DNA of 54,316 nucleotides, taken from positions 1 to 54,316 of the forward strand of contig CAZBOQ010000085.1 of NCBI GenBank assembly GCA_964493555.1, given 5' to 3'. The position numbers and the translations under genes are program-made. Below the pieces are notes generated by a model. That model saw only the letters and a list, made by a program, of their open reading frames with translations, did not search any database and had not been told where the DNA came from. This document shows, one piece after another, positions 49,705-54,316 of this stretch. This stretch comes from an uncultured Gammaproteobacteria bacterium. Lineage in GTDB: Bacteria > Pseudomonadota > Gammaproteobacteria > JADZEE01. Numbering within the stretch: position 1 is the stretch's first letter; the number at the start of each line of letters is the position of its first letter.

Positions 49705-52047
49705 TTGTTGACTGGATTCCTGCCTTCGCGGGGACGATGTTTTGAATGGATAACTGTGCAGGGATTTGAAACAAGATTTGCTGATGCCGTTATAGCGGCT
49801 CGCTGGGCGATCATTTCGCTGTCGTTACTTGCCGTATTCGGGCTGGCGAGCGGAAGTCGGTTCTTGTACATGGAGTCCGATTACCGAATTTGGTTCGCCG
49901 ACGACAATCCCGAGTTAGTCGCATTCGAGAGCATGGAGCGTGTTTATACCAAGACCGATAACGTCGCTTTCATTATCGAACCTCAAAACGGTGACGTCTT
50001 CACGGAACGCACCCTAACGGCAGTAAAGGAGTTGACCCAAGCGGCGTGGCAACTGCCGTATTCCAGTCGCGTTGATTCTTTAAGCAACTATCAGCATACG
50101 ACAGCCAACGGCGACGATCTGGTGGTACGAGATTTGGTGCTGGGCAAGCTGAGCCCTCGAGATTTGGATGAGATCCGATCCGTTGCGATCAACGAGCCCC
50201 TGTTAGTGAATCGGGTTATTTCGGCCGCCGGCGACGTAACGTCGGTCAATGTTCGCACGCCGTACCCGGGGATAGATAACACCAAGGAAGTCCCCGAAGT
50301 TGCGAAGGCCGCGATTGCTATGCGTGATGACTTTCGCAGCCGTTATCCTGACATTAATTTCTACCTAACGGGTAGTTTGATGATGTCCGCGAGTTTCCCA
50401 GTTGCGGCGCAAGGTGATGCGCAAACGTTGTTGCCGATTAGTTTCGCATTAATGGGAATAATGTTGGTGATCTTGCTGCGCAGTTTCGGCGGTGCGATGG
50501 CCATTCTCGTGGTGGTCGCGTTTTCGATTGCTGCAGCGATGGGTGCGCGCGGTTACAGCGGCTATTCACTGGCGCCGATTTCCGGCGGTATGCCCATCAT
50601 CATCTTGACGATCGCCATCGCGAACTGTGTTCATGTAATGGTGTCATTTGCAAATGAAATGGGTGCAGGTAAAGACAAGGTCCTCGCAATCAAAGAGAGC
50701 CTGCGCATCAACCTGCAGCCGGTGTTTCTTGCCAGCATCACCACGACGGTAGGCTTTCTGACCTTGAACGCCGCAGATGCCCCACCCATACGCTATATGG
50801 GCAATACTGTTGCCGTAGGGGTGATAGTTTCGCTGATCCTTTCGTTGACTTTCTTGCCGGCGGTGTTGAGCGTTCTGCCGATGCGGGCCAAGAGCGTACG
50901 AAGTGAAGGCGGTAGGCTGACGAGGCTTGGCTGGTTCGTCGTGGGGCAGCGAAATCCATTGTTGCTAGGCATGCTTGCCGTGATCCTCGCGTTGACCGCC
51001 ATGATTCCCCGCAATCAACTGAACGAGGACGCACTGCGTTATTTCGACGAAACCTTCGATTTTCGCCGCGCCGTTGATTTCATGGAGGCGAGGCTCACCG
51101 GCCCTTACACGATTGACTATTCGGCTGACTCGGGGAGTTCCGGCGGTATCGCTGCACCAGAGTTTCTGCGTGGTCTGGCGCGCTTCGCGACATGGTTGCG
51201 CGAACAACCTGAGGTAAGACACGTCAGCGTGTTTACCGACATTATCAAACGGCTCAACAAGAACCTGCACGACGACGACCCTTCTGAATATCGACTCCCC
51301 GATGAAAAGGAGCTGACGGCACAATATCTGCTGCTGTATGAAATGTCGCTTCCCTATGGGTTGGATTTGAATGACCAGATAAACATTGATAAGTCAGCAA
51401 GCCGGGTTACCACGACGATTGAATCGCTGACCATGAAAGAACTGATCGACTTCGAAGAGCGTGTGCAACGTGAAGTACGTGACAATATCCCGGCGCTGAC
51501 GATTTCCGGTGGAGCAGGTACCACGTTTATGTTCGCTTACGTTACCCAGCGGAATGCCTTTAATTTGTTGAAGAGTACTACGGCGGCACTGGTCATTATT
51601 TCTTTTCTTCTAATTATTGCGTTCAAGTCGGTCCGCTTCGGACTGGTCAGTTTGATACCGAACCTGGTTCCTGCCGCTATGGGGTTTGGAGTGTGGGGGT
51701 TGGCCGATGGCATGGTGGGATTAGACATCGCACCGGTCATGGGAATGACTCTTGGGAGCGTCATCGATGATACCGTGCATTTCATGAGTAAATATTTACG
51801 TGGACGTCGGGAAATAGGTGCCAACAGTCCGGAAGCGGTGGTCTACACTTTTCAAACTGTAGGTCGAGCGTTGCTCGTCACATCGTGCGTTCTGGTTGTC
51901 GGTTTCCTTGTGTTGTCTTTTTCACACTTCGCAATGAACGCAAGAATGGCGGCATTAACCGCAATGGTGATTGTCTTTGCGTTGATTGCGGATTTCCTTT
52001 TTCTGCCACCAATATTGATGAGGATAGATAAAAAGAAAAGCGTGTAG
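49705..52047 (+). CDS. RND-superfamily exporter (MMPL / HpnN-like, two 6-TM bundles)
   Basis: About 780 aa with two hydrophobic blocks, each followed by a large soluble loop. Start ambiguous: TTG 49705/49708 or GTG 49756. Confidence 0.7.
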   Translation: MLTGFLPSRGRCFEWITVQGFETRFADAVIAARWAIISLSLLAVFGLASGSRFLYMESDYRIWFADDNPELVAFESMERVYTKTDNVAFIIEPQNGDVFTERTLTAVKELTQAAWQLPYSSRVDSLSNYQHTTANGDDLVVRDLVLGKLSPRDLDEIRSVAINEPLLVNRVISAAGDVTSVNVRTPYPGIDNTKEVPEVAKAAIAMRDDFRSRYPDINFYLTGSLMMSASFPVAAQGDAQTLLPISFALMGIMLVILLRSFGGAMAILVVVAFSIAAAMGARGYSGYSLAPISGGMPIIILTIAIANCVHVMVSFANEMGAGKDKVLAIKESLRINLQPVFLASITTTVGFLTLNAADAPPIRYMGNTVAVGVIVSLILSLTFLPAVLSVLPMRAKSVRSEGGRLTRLGWFVVGQRNPLLLGMLAVILALTAMIPRNQLNEDALRYFDETFDFRRAVDFMEARLTGPYTIDYSADSGSSGGIAAPEFLRGLARFATWLREQPEVRHVSVFTDIIKRLNKNLHDDDPSEYRLPDEKELTAQYLLLYEMSLPYGLDLNDQINIDKSASRVTTTIESLTMKELIDFEERVQREVRDNIPALTISGGAGTTFMFAYVTQRNAFNLLKSTTAALVIISFLLIIAFKSVRFGLVSLIPNLVPAAMGFGVWGLADGMVGLDIAPVMGMTLGSVIDDTVHFMSKYLRGRREIGANSPEAVVYTFQTVGRALLVTSCVLVVGFLVLSFSHFAMNARMAALTAMVIVFALIADFLFLPPILMRIDKKKSV

Positions 52048-52075
52048 GCGTCTATGGCGGAACTCAGCTGGGAGG

Positions 52076-52432
52076 TTAGAGCTTTACATCCAACAAATCA
52101 GCGTAAACCCGATGGGGTTCATCACTTGTAGCCCCTTCGAGTTTCATTCCAATATTTGTGAAATTAAAGTATTCCGACCACTGAGATTGGCGCATAAGTG
52201 ATTCCAACGTGTGCATACGTTCACGATCGGCGACACCAAACACGCCGAGATAGCCTTCATGTGGTGCGTTAGGCAAATCGTGGTCTACTCGGCTCCAACC
52301 AAGCGCAATCATGCCGGCGCTGCGTGATTCGGCGATAGCCCCGTCAACGGTTCTCAAGTGCTCGGCTTTTTCGTTTTCACCTAGGGCGCGCCAGGCGTCG
52401 TTGGGTTCCCACAGGACGAGTAAGATATGCAT
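52076..52432 (-). CDS. Hypothetical protein (118 aa)
   Basis: Clean ORF with balanced composition and no overlap with neighbours. I recognise no motif. Confidence 0.4.
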   Translation of the reverse strand: MHILLVLWEPNDAWRALGENEKAEHLRTVDGAIAESRSAGMIALGWSRVDHDLPNAPHEGYLGVFGVADRERMHTLESLMRQSQWSEYFNFTNIGMKLEGATSDEPHRVYADLLDVKL

Positions 52433-52630
52433 ATTCGTTTCTCCTCGGTTTCGATAGGGGGATTATAGCGCTGCAGGTGCGGCTACAATCACCTGTTAAG
52501 GGGGCGGTAAGCGGTGTGATAACTAGAACAAACGCTCGTAAAACTGTTTCGTCAAAGCAAAGGAAGGGAAAAAGCGCCTGTCGGCTAGAAAAGACCAGCT
52601 TCCCGACCCGGCGCTGGGAATGTTTGACCC

Positions 52631-53851
52631 ATGAATACAGAATACGATATCTCCGCTAAGGATACACGGCTGATAAGCCTCGTCGGGGTTTCGCACGGAT
52701 GGAGTCACTTCTATCAGCTGTCACTGCCGCCCTTGTTTTGGTTTATCCACACCGAAGACGGCCTAAGTTATTTCCAGCTCGGGATGCTCGTGACCGCATT
52801 TTACGTGTGTTCTGGTGTGTTCCAGCCAGCTGCAGGTTTCATTGTCGATCGCTTTGGTCCACGGCGTGTCCTCTACGCCGGAATTGCCGCGATGGCCGTT
52901 GGCACAGCTTTGCTCGGATTGGTCCTTGGTTTTTATGGCATGTTGTTAGCGGCGATCATCGCTGGGATGGGTAACGCGGTTTTTCATCCAGCGGATTTCA
53001 CTATCCTGTCGCACAACGTGAGCGAACAACGTGTCGGTCGCGCATTCGGTATTCACGCTTTCGTCGGTTTCCTCGGCTACGCTGTGGCGCCAATGACCAT
53101 GTTGTGGCTGGCGGACAACCTGGGCTGGCGCGCTGCGCTGGTCGTTGCGGGGGCTGCTGGTTTGGTTTTTCTTATGGTGCTTCGATTCCTTGATCGCGGT
53201 GAGCTCGAAGTGCAGGTGGATGAAGACAGCAACCCAAAGAGTTCTGTAGTCGTGAAACTCGGAACCCTGCTGACATTACCAATCATCGCTTGTTTCTTGT
53301 TTTTTTTGGCAACCGCGATGGCACAAATTGGCCTCCAGACTTTTTCGCCAGCGGCTTTATTGAGCTTGTTCGAAACGCCGAAAGCGGTCGGCAGCGTGGC
53401 CGTGACGCTATTCCTTTTCGCAACGGCTTTCGGCGTGTTGGGTGGTGGAGTTCTGGCCGATCGCAGCACCCGTCATCATATCGTGGCGATGGTCTGCCTA
53501 GGCGTGCCAGCGTTGCTGAGTATCGTGCCTGGATACGTGCAGCTCAGTACGTATTCGTTGTATGTTGTGTTCGTTGTGATCGGCGTAGGTTTGGGTCTGT
53601 CGATCCCCGCTAGAGATATGTTGGTTCGCGCATTGGCACCGGCTAGCGCGCGGGGTAGGGTTTTCGGTTTTGTCTACGCGGGGTTAGACGTGGGCTCAGC
53701 AGTCACACCGGCGGTCTTTGGCTGGCTGCTGGACCACGGATACGCGCCATGGATTTTTATGAGTCTCGGCGTCTTCTTTGTGTGTGCAATGCTCGCCGCA
53801 GCGTTCGCGGCAGCACCTTACAAACTCAGTCCGGTTCTATCGAAGCCCTGA
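52631..53851 (+). CDS. MFS transporter
   Basis: 406 aa with about 12 hydrophobic helices. VDRFGPRR loop between TM2 and TM3. Confidence 0.8.
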   Translation: MNTEYDISAKDTRLISLVGVSHGWSHFYQLSLPPLFWFIHTEDGLSYFQLGMLVTAFYVCSGVFQPAAGFIVDRFGPRRVLYAGIAAMAVGTALLGLVLGFYGMLLAAIIAGMGNAVFHPADFTILSHNVSEQRVGRAFGIHAFVGFLGYAVAPMTMLWLADNLGWRAALVVAGAAGLVFLMVLRFLDRGELEVQVDEDSNPKSSVVVKLGTLLTLPIIACFLFFLATAMAQIGLQTFSPAALLSLFETPKAVGSVAVTLFLFATAFGVLGGGVLADRSTRHHIVAMVCLGVPALLSIVPGYVQLSTYSLYVVFVVIGVGLGLSIPARDMLVRALAPASARGRVFGFVYAGLDVGSAVTPAVFGWLLDHGYAPWIFMSLGVFFVCAMLAAAFAAAPYKLSPVLSKP

Positions 53852-53969
53852 GGGCGTGCCCGAGCAATCTTCTCGGCGCATTGTGGTCTTTTGCCACGTC
53901 GTTTAGCACGTCGTATTCCATTTCTGAGGTGTCTCCATCCCCCCGCGCGCCTTAGTGTATTCTGTTCGC

Positions 53970-54316
53970 ATGCAACCTAGGCTAGTAGTGCTGCTGATCG
54001 CTGGCGTGGCCGTATTGTTCATTGGCATCGGAGTACGTAGCTGTTTTGGTTTATTCCTTACGCCGATGAGCATTGATCTTGGGTGGGGGCGCGAGACTTT
54101 CGCGTTTGCCATTGCCGTGCAAAACATTGTCTGGGGTCTATCGCAACCGATGGCCGGCGCGATTGCTGATCGCTACGGCGCCGGGCGGGTCGTTGTCGTT
54201 TGCGTCGGGCTGTACGTCGCCGGCCTATACTTGATGTCGGGTGCTGCAACGCCGTTCGACATTACGCTGAGTAACGGTTTGCTAATGGGTCTCGGCATGT
54301 CGGGACTCGGATTTCC
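53970..54316 (+). CDS. MFS transporter, 3'-truncated at window edge
   Basis: The ATG at 53970 opens a stop-free frame to the end of the window (MQPRLVVLLIAGVAVLFIGIG...AIADRYGAGR...). Absent from the ORF track because it has no stop codon. Confidence 0.6.
   Translation, partial: MQPRLVVLLIAGVAVLFIGIGVRSCFGLFLTPMSIDLGWGRETFAFAIAVQNIVWGLSQPMAGAIADRYGAGRVVVVCVGLYVAGLYLMSGAATPFDITLSNGLLMGLGMSGLGF

Overview
This window looks like a gammaproteobacterial chromosome segment of roughly 53% GC, judged by eye, in two parts. Bases 1-30.1 kb are a densely packed, syntenic housekeeping region. It carries tRNA-Arg, dsbA, engB, rpmE, xthA, prlC, bfr-bfd and the moeB-prmC-prfA-hemA block. It continues with a TPR lipoprotein, lolB-ispE-tRNA-Gln-prs-rplY-pth-ychF, 6S RNA-zapA, ygfB-pepP-ubiH-ubiI, purC and pgk-gap-tkt. 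After a ~940-bp stretch with no convincing gene, bases 31-54 kb are accessory-looking. They hold a QueG/RdhA-like Fe-S protein, an MhpA-like flavin monooxygenase, a GST and an embedded tRNA-Met. Next comes a co-directional minus-strand oxidative/hydrolytic cluster: cyclase, meta-cleavage-type hydrolase, SnoaL-like, MetE-like Zn enzyme, arylformamidase-like esterase, HpaB-family monooxygenase, MFS, small coupled ORF, Rieske oxygenase, amidase and PPOX-like protein. An SDR, a RidA-like protein, an RND/MMPL exporter and two more MFS transporters follow. The strongest observation is that two adjacent same-frame ORFs (47898..48251 and 48267..49007, minus) are separated only by one TGA. That TGA falls exactly at the second Cys position of a C-x-x-C-x-x-x-H AhpD/CMD redox motif, so this is a candidate selenoprotein mis-split by ORF calling. 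Other points are a 6S RNA invisible to the ORF track, a near-consensus Fur box upstream of the bfr -35 element, and a probable non-canonical start for xthA. There is also a degraded serine-recombinase relic inside the catabolic cluster, a strongly SD-led 21-codon uORF stop-start coupled to the RND gene, and no regulator or electron-transfer partner anywhere in the accessory block. I saw no CRISPR array, intact mobile element or recognisable defence system. All functional calls rest on motif recognition and recalled synteny, not on database searches.
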